From positions 124,622,001 to 124,686,000 of the forward strand of contig CM059432.1 in the NCBI GenBank assembly GCA_030390025.1: a stretch of 64,000 nt of DNA. Reading direction: 5' to 3'. Origin of the DNA: Squalus acanthias (taxonomy: Eukaryota). Position 1 is the first letter of the stretch, and each line of letters opens with the position of its first letter. Shown piece after piece: positions 50,085 to 61,580 of the stretch. The notes under the pieces were generated by a model. It ran no database searches. It saw nothing but the letters and a program-made list of their open reading frames with translations, and had not been told where the DNA came from. A program made the translations under genes and the position numbers.

Positions 50085-50215
50085 CATGATGCGGAGATGC
50101 CGGTGTTGGACTGGGGTGGACAAAAGTGAGAAGTCGCACAACACCAGGTTATAGTCCAACAGCTTTATTTGAAATCACAAGCTTTTGGAGCGCTGCTCCT
50201 TCGTCAGGTGAAGTG
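50085..50215 (-). mobile_element. Short Penelope-derived terminal fragment with hammerhead (50175-50212; GAAA mutated to AAAA)
   Basis: minus strand TCAC-CTGACGA-a-GGAGC agc GCTCC-AAAA-GCTT-GTGA plus the ctgttggactataacctggtgttgtgcgac tail shared with 31960-31995. Confidence 0.8.
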
Positions 50216-51340
50216 AAGAAATACATATGGGCATAGCAGTTATAGTCAGAGAGCACTGCCAGACGACTACAGTTAATCTTTCTAACTGCCCTTGAGGCAC
50301 AGAAGTAAGAGACAAATATGGTGGAGGGAAACTCTGGCAGTGAATGTCACTGAATCGGACTGGAGTGGAGAGAGAAAAACAACATAAACAACAACATTTG
50401 AAAAGGTAGAAGACTGAAAAAGTGGAATGAAATGAAAAATTGTAAGATAACTGTGAAAGAGAAAAAAGACTGAACCAAAATGGTAACAAGATTCAGAGAG
50501 AAAGAAGCAGAGAAACAGTAAGAGAATGCTTTATTTTATTTATTTTCTAATTTATTTCCCCTCTTGTAATGGTCTCTCCATGACCCCATGGTTGCCTGAT
50601 TAAAAGGACAGGTTGAAGACCCTGGTTTAAGACTTCTGTCAAAGCCATTTATAGCCAGCTGCTAAGAGATGTGCAATGGCAGGTTAGGATTACCAACCCG
50701 CTAGCACTTGCTGTAAAATTTCAGCTTCCCACAGCAGTTCAGTTGAGATCAGGAACTCACACTATGAGGAATGCTGGGTGTGAACTTGTGCTCTAGCAAT
50801 GCCAAGGCATAAGTGTGTGGGAGAATTCATGGTGTTGTGCCACTATGCCAAACATGGTCATTTGTACCTTATAGGAGACGGTACTTCTTTCACCTTATTC
50901 TCACAGCCATTTCAGGAAATATTGTTGCAGGCTCTAAACTCATCCCAGAGTTGCAGATCTGGTAATGGCACCGATCAACAAGCATTTCCATATGTGGTCA
51001 TTTCCTGTATCATTTGGGTGTTGCTGTGTCCTTGGCCAATACTGAACTTTCCAGTCTCAGATACCCCCTAATGATCTGGAAGACTGCAATTGATGCTGAT
51101 TTATGTTGGACTCTAAGGAGATATCTGCTGGCAGCAACTCACATTTCATGTCAGCTCAGTGCCTCGCAGACAAGCTTGGGACCTATTGTGGTTTCTTCAC
51201 AATATAGCAAAAGTAATGTCAAAAACCTAATTCCTCCTGAAAGACGGCAGGCAATTACATTTTTTTCTGTTTAACCAAATAGTGGGAGTAACTTACATTG
51301 AAAACACTGTCACCCTCAACAACCTCTGCAGCGCAACACT

Positions 51341-52718
51341 TCGGTGGTGGGAAAATTATTGGAAAGAATTCTGAAGGACAGGATAAATCTTCATTTAGAA
51401 AGACATGGATTAATCAAGGATAGTCAGCACGGATTTGTTAAGGGAAGGTCGTGTCTGACAAACTTGATTGAATTTTTTGAGGAGGTAACAAGGAGGGTAG
51501 ATGAGGGTAGTGCGTTTGATGTAGTGTATATGGACTTTAGCAAGGCTTTTGATAAGGTTCCACATGGCAGACTGGTCAGGAAGTTAAAAGCCCATGGGAT
51601 CCAGGGCAAAGTGTCAAGTTGGATTCAAAACTAGCTCGGAGACAGGAAGCAGAGGGTAATGGTTGATGGGTGTTTTTGTGACTGGAAGGCTGTTTCCAGT
51701 GGGGTTCCGCAGGGCTCAGTACTAGGTCCCTTGCTTTTTGTGGTATATATCAACGATCTTGACTTGAATATAGGGAGTATGATTAAGAAGTTTGCAGATG
51801 ATACTAAAATCGGCTATGTGGTTGATACTGAAGAAGGAAGCTGTAGACTGCAGGAAGATATCAATAAATTGGTCAGGTGGGCAGAACAGTGGCAGATGGA
51901 ATTCGATCCGGAGAAGTGTGAGGTGATGCATTTGGGGAGGGCGAATGGGGAGAGGGAATACACATTAAATGGTAGGACACTGAGTAGTGTAGAGGAACAG
52001 AGGGACCTTGGAGTGCATGTCCACAGATCCCTGAAGGTAGCAGGCCAAGTAGATAAGGTGGTTAAGAAGGCATACGGAATGCTTGCCTTTATTAGCTGTG
52101 GCATAGAATACAAGAGCAGGGGGGTTATGCTTCAACTGTATAAAACACTAGTTAGGCATCAGCTAGAGTACTGCGTGCAGTTCTGGTCACCACATTACAG
52201 GAAAGATGTGATTGCACTAGAGAGGGTACAGAGGAGATTTACAAGGATGTTGCCGGGAGTAGAGAATCTTAGCTATGAGGAAAGACTGGATAGGCTGGGT
52301 CTGTTTTCCTTGGAACAGAGGAGGCTGAGGGGAGACCTTATTGAGGTGTATAAAATTATGAGGGGCATAGATAAAGTGGATAGAAAGGACCTATTTCCCT
52401 TAGCAGAGGGGTCAAAAACCAGGGGACACAGATTTAAAGCAATTGGGGGAAGGTTGAGAGGGGATTTGAGGGGTAATTTCTTCACCCAGAGGGTTGTGCG
52501 GGTCTGGAATTCACTGCCTGAAAGGGTGGTAGAGGCAGGAACCCTAACCACATTTAAAAAGTACTTGGATGTGCACTTGGGATGCTCTAATCTGCAGGGC
52601 TACGGACCAAGAGCTGGGAAGTGGGATTAGGCAGAATAGCTCTTTGTTGGCCGGCGCGGACACGATAGGCCGAAATTGCCTCCTTCCGCGCTGTAACTTT
52701 CTATGATTCTATGATTCT
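51341..52718 (+). mobile_element. 5'-truncated CR1
   Basis: RT motifs, 323-aa open C-terminus, (ctatgatt)n tail. Confidence 0.95.
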
Positions 52719-53426
52719 TTGATTCATCCACTGGCTATTAGGGGCACCAACCCAATATGCAGGACCCCTCCCCACCCTCTCCAAGCCTAACCAGCCACCA
52801 GAACCCAAAGCCAAACAAACTGCTCCTGCCCCCCAACCTGCATCACTCCCAGTACAATCAGTCGGGTGTGGTGGGATATTCCTCCCATGAGCACTGCACA
52901 GTCAGGATGCACAGTGACTCTATAAACTATGTGTGGGAATATCTACTCTAAAAAATATGCATGATTATACCCGTACATATACAATATAAGGTATATACAT
53001 GAATGAACCCTTGATCATACAATGGCTTCATAAAATATATATATGAATGTACACCTATATGTATAATGGCTTCATGGAATATGTTTTGAGTGTATGGCTC
53101 TATATATATAATAACTTCATTAAGTGTGAATGTACTTTCTCAAGTACCCAACAAAAATAAAGAGAAAAAAAAAGTATTCTTACCAACATTTACATTATCT
53201 ATTCTTGGCTTTCTCTGCTACACCCCCTCCACATTTTCCCTTCAAAAATTGGCACAAGAATATTATTGTGCTACTATTCTCTTAGCACAAAATGTATCAT
53301 ATTCCAAATTAGATATGTTGAATAAGTTTAGCAATGAAAATTGCTTATTTTCCCAGGCTGTAGGCCCAAACCATAATCTCATGCTTGACATTTGTGAGAA
53401 GCGAAGTGGACTATTTCCTTCTGTAG

Positions 53427-53478
53427 CTAATGAAAAAACACAAGGAGAAGAGGAGCAGTGATATCAAGGCACCTCATG
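53427..53478 (+). CDS. Candidate small exon in unique sequence (LMKKHKEKRSSDIKAPH), product unknown
   Basis: acceptor tttccttctgtag, donor ATG|gtaggt, purine-rich, one open frame; no recognised homology. Confidence 0.2.
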
Positions 53479-53959
53479 GTAGGTATTATTTGAAAACAGA
53501 GGAAGATGTGACAAAAATGAGCATTCATTTCTAAGCTTCAGCATAATATTGGCTCCTTTGATTCTCTCAGTATGTAAGGGCTTAAAAACCAGCTTCACTC
53601 ACAGAAATCAGGTCCTACTTTAACCTGATACAATTGTCACAGATTTTAGTCGGTTTGTCTATGCCTGGTGTCTGGGGGAAGAGCCAAGGCATTCAAATCA
53701 AATACAACATCTTGTGAAATTTGTTCAAATAACCGATTGGCAGCTTTTTTGAAATTAACAGACAATTATTTAAATCTGCTTTGTCATGGTCAGTTATCAA
53801 CCTGTCTTGTTCAAATCAGAGATTCTATCTGAAACCTACATAAAAGAGATGGTCAGTTTCCATCGATAGTCAAAAAGACAAAAGGAACTGCTACATAAAA
53901 ATATTGCATATATCACAGTTTAGTGCAGCAGTGACAAATTATTTGTCACTATTTTTAAT

Positions 53960-54095
53960 TATTTCAAGGGATACGGGGATACAGCAGGAAAGTGGAGTTG
54001 AGGTCGAAGATCAGCCATGATTTTATTGAATGGTGGAGCAGGCTCAAAGGGCCGAATGGCCTACTTCTGCTCCTACTTCTTATGTTATGTTCTTA
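53960..54095 (+). mobile_element. CR1 3' UTR fragment
   Basis: gatcagccatgat...gaatggcctacttctgctcct...tatgtt tail. Confidence 0.75.
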
Positions 54096-54679
54096 TTTAT
54101 CATTTTCTACTATTGAAGGATCTAGCTAAACTTAATGTAAAATAAATGTGTGACTGTTACTATTTGCTTGTTCCTTTACTTGTTAATAAATTTGATTGGC
54201 AGTTACAGCCTATGTCAAAGTCTAGTGTTGTGTTGTTCTGTCACCTTGCAAAGACAAGGAGGTTCACATGAGATCCCATGCTAAAACCAGTAGCTTAAAT
54301 AAACTGAAGAGGTCTTCTGTTTGTTTCCTGGGTATGCTACAAATTTACTTAGATATCTGGGCAAGCGTAAACATTCTCCCTGGAACATAGGTAGCTAAAG
54401 TTCACCAGCAAATGCAATCTAACATACTGAAGCCAAGAATATCTAGAATAAAACCCCAAAACATAACAGAAATCAAGTGTGTTTTTTTGCCCAAAGAGCA
54501 ATCGAATTGTGGAATAAGATACTGGAAGGCCATGATGTATAAATGAGTTCAAGAGGAAATTTGATGTGTCCCTGAAGACAGAGAAAATTGAGGGATATAA
54601 TGAGAAGCTAAGTAGGCAGGGTTGATCTATCAAATAATGGTCTTACCAGCTCTGAACAATTCAGTGGCTGCACACAACA

Positions 54680-57600
54680 GGGGGCCCAATATCGTGATTA
54701 GCTGGTGCTACTTAAAGGCAGCCTGCACCTCTTAAAGGGGAGGTGCATTGTGGCTGCAAGAAGTGGTGAGAGTCATCTGAAAACTAAATCTGTGACCTTC
54801 TACTTTGAACAAAGGCTGAACATTGCAGAGAGCGTGCACCAAGGTTTTCAGACACTGCACTGGAGGCCTTGGTGGAAGAGGTGGCGAGGAGAGATGTCCT
54901 GTATCCGGAGGCCCTCCAGACAGATGCAAAAGAGGCAGTGGGAAGAAGTAGCGGTGGCGGTCAATGCCAGGAATGTTGCTCCAAGAACATGGATGCAGTG
55001 CAGGAAGAAGTTTAACGATCTCACACAAGTTGTCAAGGTCAGTGCGTTCATCTTCAAATGGCACATCCTACCAACTGCACCACTAGCCTCATTCACTGCT
55101 CAATTCACCATACCCCCATCACCCACCAACCAACAATTGCTATCAATCAGCACTCAACCCTAAAATTCATATGCTTTACCTCACCCTCACACACTTAGCA
55201 CTGTTGCAAACCTCACACTCACAACTCACAGCTCGCACACACTGGCAACTATTCAACCATGACAGCCACGCCACCCAAACATATTGCAGGACACTCACTG
55301 ACACACTTACCCCTCGTTTGCAGGAGAAAGTGGCACATAACAACAGGCAGCAGCAAAGTACTGGAGGAGGACAAGCAGGCCTGCATGTTTTAACCCTCAT
55401 AGAGGAGAGAGTGTTGGCCAGCATGGGAAGGGGCATCACTGAGGCCGTGACCACTGGCGGGGCTGAAGCGATCGATGATGAGGGTATCTGCATACCTAAT
55501 CCTCCTCCTCTCAACCCACTTCTCCCCATCCCGCAATCTCTTCTGACTTAGAAGCTGCAGATGGTGTAAGCACGCACTTCTTAATTTCTCCGCTCCCCTA
55601 ACCACAACCCAACCCTTGTCGCTTTTTCATTTCAGATACCCAAGAAATGGAACCTTCACAGTCAATGGAGGCAGTGGAAGAAGACAGTGAAAATGAAGAC
55701 ACACCATCACTCGATCTTACACTCGCAGCCACCAGCTCAGAGACTGAAACTGCACATATTTTAGAGGCCAGGAGAGAGGAGGGATCTGCATGTAGTGAGA
55801 CACCAGGCACAACTGTGCAAGAGTCAAGGTGTGGGCGAGGGGGAGGATAGCGCAGGTGCCAGCTCGCCAGATGGCGAGATGGCACACTAGTTGCTGCAGA
55901 GGAGTCAGATAAGGACTTTGATGGGCTAGTCTACAGAAGAAGGCTGATGGGTGTACATAACCAAATGATTGGTGCATTGGAAAGCCTGCCAGAAAGTCTG
56001 TGTTCAATATCAAGGAGCAAGGTGGAGTCCAGCACCAAGTTTTTTTTCATTCGTTAATGGGATCTGGGCGTCGCTGGCAAGGCTAGCATTTATTGCCCAT
56101 CCCTAATTGCCCTTGAGAAGGTGATGGTGAGCCGCCTTCTTGAACCGCTGCAGTCCGTGTGGTGAAGGTACTCCTACAGTGCTGTTTGGGAGGGAGTTCC
56201 AGGATTTTGACCCAGCAATGATGAAGGATCGGCGATATACTTCTAAGTCAGGATGATGTGTGACTTGGAGGGGAACGTGGTGGTGGTGGTGGTGTTCCCA
56301 TGCGCCTGCTGCCCTTGTCCTTCTAGGTGGAAGAGGTTGCGGCTTTGGGAGGTGCTGCCGAAGAAACCTTGGTGAGTTGCTGCATCTTGTAGATGGTGCA
56401 CACTGCCACCACGGTACGCCGGTGGTGGAGGGAGTGAATGTTTAAGGTGGTAGATGGGGTGCCAATCAAGCGGGCTGCTTTGTCCTGGATGGTGTCAAGC
56501 TTCTTGAGTGTTGTTGGAGCTGCACTCATCCAGGCAAGTGGAGAGTATTCCATCACACTCCTTACTTGTGCCTTGTAGATGGTAGAAAGGCTTTGGGGAG
56601 TCAGGAGGTGAGACACTCACCACAGAATACCTAGCCTCTGACCAGCTGTTGTTGCCACAATATATATGTGGCTGATCCAGTTAAGTTTCTGGTCAATGGT
56701 GACCCCCAGGATTTTGATGGTGGGGAACTTGGCGATGTTAATGCCATTGAACGTCAAGGGGCAGTGGTTAGACTCTCGCTTGTTGGAGATAGTCATTGCC
56801 TGGCACTTCTGTGGCGCGAATGTTACCTGCCACTTATCAGCCCAAGCCTGAACATCATCCAGGTCTTGTTGCATGCGGGCATGGACTGCTTCATTATCTG
56901 AGGAGTTGTGAATGGCACTGAACACTGTGCAGTCATCAGCGAACATCCCCATTTCTGACCTTATGTTGGAGGGAAGGTCATTGATGAAGCAGCTGAAGAT
57001 GGTTGGGCCTAGGACACTGCCCTGAGGAACTCCTGCAGCGATTGACTTTCAATCACCACAACCATCTTCCTTTGTGCTAGGTATGACTCCAGCCAGTGGA
57101 GAGTTTTCCCCCCAATTCCCATTGACTTCAGTTTTACTAGGGCTCTTTCATGCCACACTCGGTCAAATGCTGCCTTGATGTCAAGGGCAGTCACTCTCAC
57201 TTCTCCTCTGGAATTCAGCTCCTTTGTCCATGTTTGGACCGAGGCTATAATGAGGTCAGGAGCCAAGTGGTCTTGGTGGAACCCAAACTGGGCATCAGTG
57301 AGCAGGTTATTGGTGAGTAAGAGCTGCTTGATAGCACTGTCGATGACACCATCCATCACTTTGCTGATGATTGATAGTAGACTGATGGGGCGGTAATTGG
57401 CCGGATTGGATTTATCCTGCTTTTTGTGGACAGGACCTACCTGGGCAATTTTCCACATTGTCGGATAGATGCCAGTGTTGTAGCTGTACTAGAACAGCTT
57501 GGCTAGAGGCGCGGCTAGTTCTGGAGCACAGGTCTTCAGCACAATAGACGGGATGTTGTCAGGGCCCATAGCTTTTGCTGTATCCAGTGCGTTGAGCCAT

Positions 57601-59900
57601 TTCTTGATATCAAGTGGAGTGAATCGAGTTGGTTGAAGACTGGCTTCTGTGATGGTGGGGACCTCAGGAGGAAGCCGATATCGATCATCCACTCGGCACT
57701 TCTGGCTGAAGATGGTTTCAAATGCTTCAGCCTTGTCTTTTGCACTCACGTGCTGGGCTCCACCATCATTGAGGGTGGGGATATTCATGGAGCCTCCTCC
57801 TCCCGTTAGTTGTTTAATGGTCCATCACCATTCACGACTGGATGTGGCAGGACTGCAGAGCTCTGATCTGATGCGTTGATTGTGGGATCGTTTAGCCCTG
57901 TTTATAGCATGCTGTTTCCGTTTTTAGCTTGCCTGTAGTCCTAGTTGGCACCTCATTTTTAGGTACGCCTGGTGCTGCTCCTGGCATGCTCTTCTGCACT
58001 CCTTATTGAACCAGGGTTGGTCCCCTGGCTTGATGGTAATGGTAGAGTGAGGGATATGCCGGGCCATGAGGTTACAGATTGTGGTGGAATACAATTCTGC
58101 TGCTGCTGATGGCCCACAGCGCCTCATGGTTGCCCAGTTTTGAGCTGCTAGATCTGTTCTGAATCTATCCCATTTAGCACGGTGGTAGTGCCACACAACA
58201 CGATGGAGGGTGTCCTCAGTGTGAAGACGGGACTTCGTCTCCACAATGACTGTGCGGTGGTCACTGCTACCAATACTGTCATGGACAGATGCATCTGCGA
58301 CAGGTAGATTGGTGAGGACGAGGTCAAGTAGCTTTTTCCCTCGTGTTGGTTCTTTCACCACCTGTCGCAGGCCCAGACTGGCAGCTATGTCCTTCAGGAC
58401 TCGGCCAGCTCAGTCAGTAGTGGTGCTACCGACCCACTCTTGGTGATGGACTTTGAAGTCCCCCACCCGGAGTACATTCTGTGCCCTTGCTACTCGCAGT
58501 GCTTCTTCCAAGTGTTCAACATGGAGGAGTACTGATTCATCAGCTGAGGGTGGGCGGTAGGTGGTAGGTAGCAGGAGGTTTCCTTGCCCATGCTTGACCT
58601 GAATTCATGAGACTTCATGGGGTCCGGAGTCAATGTTGAGGACTCCCAAGGCCACTCCTTCTCGACTGTATACCACTGTGCCACCACCCCTGGTGGGTCT
58701 GTCCTGCCGGTGGGACAGGACATACCCAGGGATGGTGATGGAGGAGTTTGGGACATTGGCTGAAAGGTATGATTCTGTGAGTATGACTATGTCAGGTTGT
58801 TGCTTGACTAGTCTATGGGACAGCTCTTCCAATTTTGGTACAAGTCCCCAGATGTTGGTGAGGAGGACCTTGCAAGGTTGACTGGGCTGGGTGTGCTGTT
58901 GGCATGTCCGTAGCCGGTGCCAAGGTCAATTCCGGTTGGTTCGTCTGGTTTCATTTTTATTATTTTGTTTTGTAGCGGTTTGTTACAACTGAGTGGCTTG
59001 CTAGGCCATTTCAGAGGGCAGTTAAGATTCAACCACATTGCTGTGGGCTTTGTGCAGAGTTTGGAGCCCATCTTTTCCAACATGAAATGGGTAGTCTCCT
59101 CTATCAGCACACCTGTGGAACCCACCATGATACAGTGTCTGATGGCTGCCGGCACAACTTCCATTGCATCACAAACAAGAGGGAATGAGATGAAGCTATC
59201 TCTCTTTGAATAGAGAGCCTCTGTGACCTCCCTTATACAGCAGTGTCCTGCAAACTGCAAGATGTTGCTTATATCTCCAGCAGCAGCCTGGAAGGAGCCA
59301 GATGCATTAAAGTTCAGAACCGTAGTCACCTTGACAGCCACAGGCAATGTGGTCCTTGCCCTGCTTTGAGATTGCAGTTGTAGCTGCATCAGTTGGCAGA
59401 TTTCAGTCACGGCCTCTTTAGTGAAGCGAAGAGGTCTTAAGCATTGGTCCTCGCTGAAGTTGAGGTAAGAGAATTGTTCCCTAAAGACCCTGGGTGCATA
59501 TGGCCTCCTGCTGAGAGCCCTTCTCCCCATCCACCTCCTCCCTTTTCTAGCAGCTTGTCCTGCCCTGCGTGGCCTCTCTTCATTCTCCCAGTCATGCTCA
59601 ATTCCAAGAGGACGGCCTACCAGGCCACCCATATCTGGAAGAAACTGGTTTCAGAACAAGTTTTAAAATGAACAAAAAAGTACTTCAACACCAGCCAAAC
59701 CACTCCCTGTAGATTATTGAAACTTTAGGCAACTATAGGAAATAATACAGCAATTAACCTGTAAGTAGTTCATGATCCCTTTAAGTAGCGCTGGTGATGG
59801 GTACTTCATGCCATTTAACGTCGTGTTCAGCTGTGGGAGGTTAAGACAGGGCATAGGCAGGAGCATGGCATTCTTAAATGGCAGTGCTGGCATCAAATCA
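54680..59900. mobile_element. Decayed Harbinger element (Myb gene on + at ~54800-56040; transposase N-terminal part on - at ~59050-59632), interrupted by a LINE
   Basis: QWEEVAVAVNA...RTWMQCRKKFNDL with conserved introns; LPVAVKVTTVLNFNASGSFQAAAGDI; TIRs not clearly identified. Confidence 0.8.
56040..59047 (-). mobile_element. Near full-length single-ORF LINE (APE + RT), 5' end truncated inside the SINE-like head body
   Basis: QPDIVILTESYL, GSSDHRTV, KAMGPDNIP, NYRPISLLS, ALDIKAAFDRVWH, MFADDC; first ~65 nt match 35485-35553; poly(A)-like tail. Confidence 0.92.
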
Positions 59901-59904
59901 GCGT

Positions 59905-60118
59905 TGTGACTTTGATAAGGGCCGTTTCAGTACTGTGGCCGGGCGTAAATCTGATGGAGAAGTTCAAACTTGGTGTTGTGGGAAATATGGGCACGGATTT
60001 GGGAGGCGGCAACACATTCAAGGACTTTGGAGAGGAAAGGGAGGTTGGAGATGGGACGGTAGTTTGCAAGGACAGAGGGGTCAAGCAGGGAGGACTGGAG
60101 CTGGGAAAGTGTCCTGTA
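59905..60118 (-). mobile_element. L2 RT fragment
   Basis: LDPSVLANYRPISNLPFLSKVLE; HSTETALIKVT. Confidence 0.8.
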
Positions 60119-61580
60119 CAATGGTTTATCAAATAGCTCTTGCAGCTGCCAAAGCTGTTTGCACTGTTGTCTCCTCTGGTTCTTCAGGTTTTTCAATAAT
60201 GTCCTCAAACAACTTTTCAGAGGGTACTTGCTCCAGCTTCTCCAGTGTAAAGCTTCTTTGAATATCAACGTTATGGAAAATGCAGCAGACTATGATGATC
60301 AAAGAAACTTTGGAAGGGTTACGCTGATGGACTCCCCCAGACTTGCCATGGCATCAGGAGCACTGATTCAGCGTGCTTATGATGTGCTCAATAACAGATC
60401 GACTGGAGGCATAGCCTCATTGTATCTGTGCTCTGCTGGTGTGCAGGGATGCTGCAAAGCAGTCATAAACCAACGCAGCAGCTATTTTAACTCCCGGACC
60501 TCATTTAAATCTCACCAGCCAACTTGCCACCCAGAGTGAGCAGGAAATTGATGAGAATCAGCAGACAATCACGTGACCCAGAGTCTGCCCGCCAACACAC
60601 GCTAGGTGGCTGGATTCGGTACCAGTAGCTGGAGTCCCACATTAGATAAGGGGCAGAAGAGCGGGGCACGGGAGGCCTAAGCTTTCCTTTTGAGGCTCAT
60701 AGAAATAATCCTACTCCTCCTGCGCCACAAAGAAAATTTGCCTTTTTCGGCCTCTTCTTCTGCTGTGGCTTCCCCACTCAGGTCTCAGTTAAAATTGCTG
60801 TTGAGACCCAATGACGTCAATGAGACCCGACCTGCATATGTAAAGAATGCTCCGGTCAGCTATGGGTGGGTATCCTTGCTGCCTGCTCGTGGGTACATAG
60901 GAATATAGTAACAGGAGCAGGCCATTCAGCCCCTCGAGCCTGTTCCACCATTCCTTTAGATCATGGCTGATCTGTATCTTTACTCCGTCTACCCGCCTTG
61001 GTTCGTAACTCTTAATACCCTTGCCTAACAAAAATCCATCAATCTTTTGGAATGTTCAATTGATCTAGCCTCAACAGCTTTTCGTGGGAGTTCCAGATTT
61101 CCACTACCCATTGTGTGAAGAAGTGCTTCCTCACATCACCTGAACGGCCGAGCTCTAATTTCTAGGCTATGACCCTTTATTCTGGACGTCCCCCACCAGA
61201 GGAAATAGTTTCTCTCTATCTGCCCGTCAACTCCTTTAATCATCTCAAACACTTCAATTAGATCCCCGCTTAATCTTCTATACTCAAGGGAATACAAGCC
61301 CAGTCTATGCAACCTGTTCTCATAATTTAACCCTTTTAGCCCCCGTATCATTCTGATGAATCTGCATTGCACCCCTTCCAAGGCCAATATATCCTTCCTG
61401 TGGTGCGGTGCCCAGAACTGACTATAATACTCTAAATGCGGTCTAACCATTTAGAGCTTTATATAACTGTAACATAACTTCCACCCCTTTGTATTCCAGC
61501 CCCCTTGTGATGAAGGCCAACATTCCATTAGCTTTATAATTATTTTTTGTATCTAAGCTTTTAGTTATTTCTGTATTTCT

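Noticed and set aside
58808..59632. 274-aa ORF
   Set aside because: Harbinger transposase N-terminus reading into the inserted LINE 5' region.
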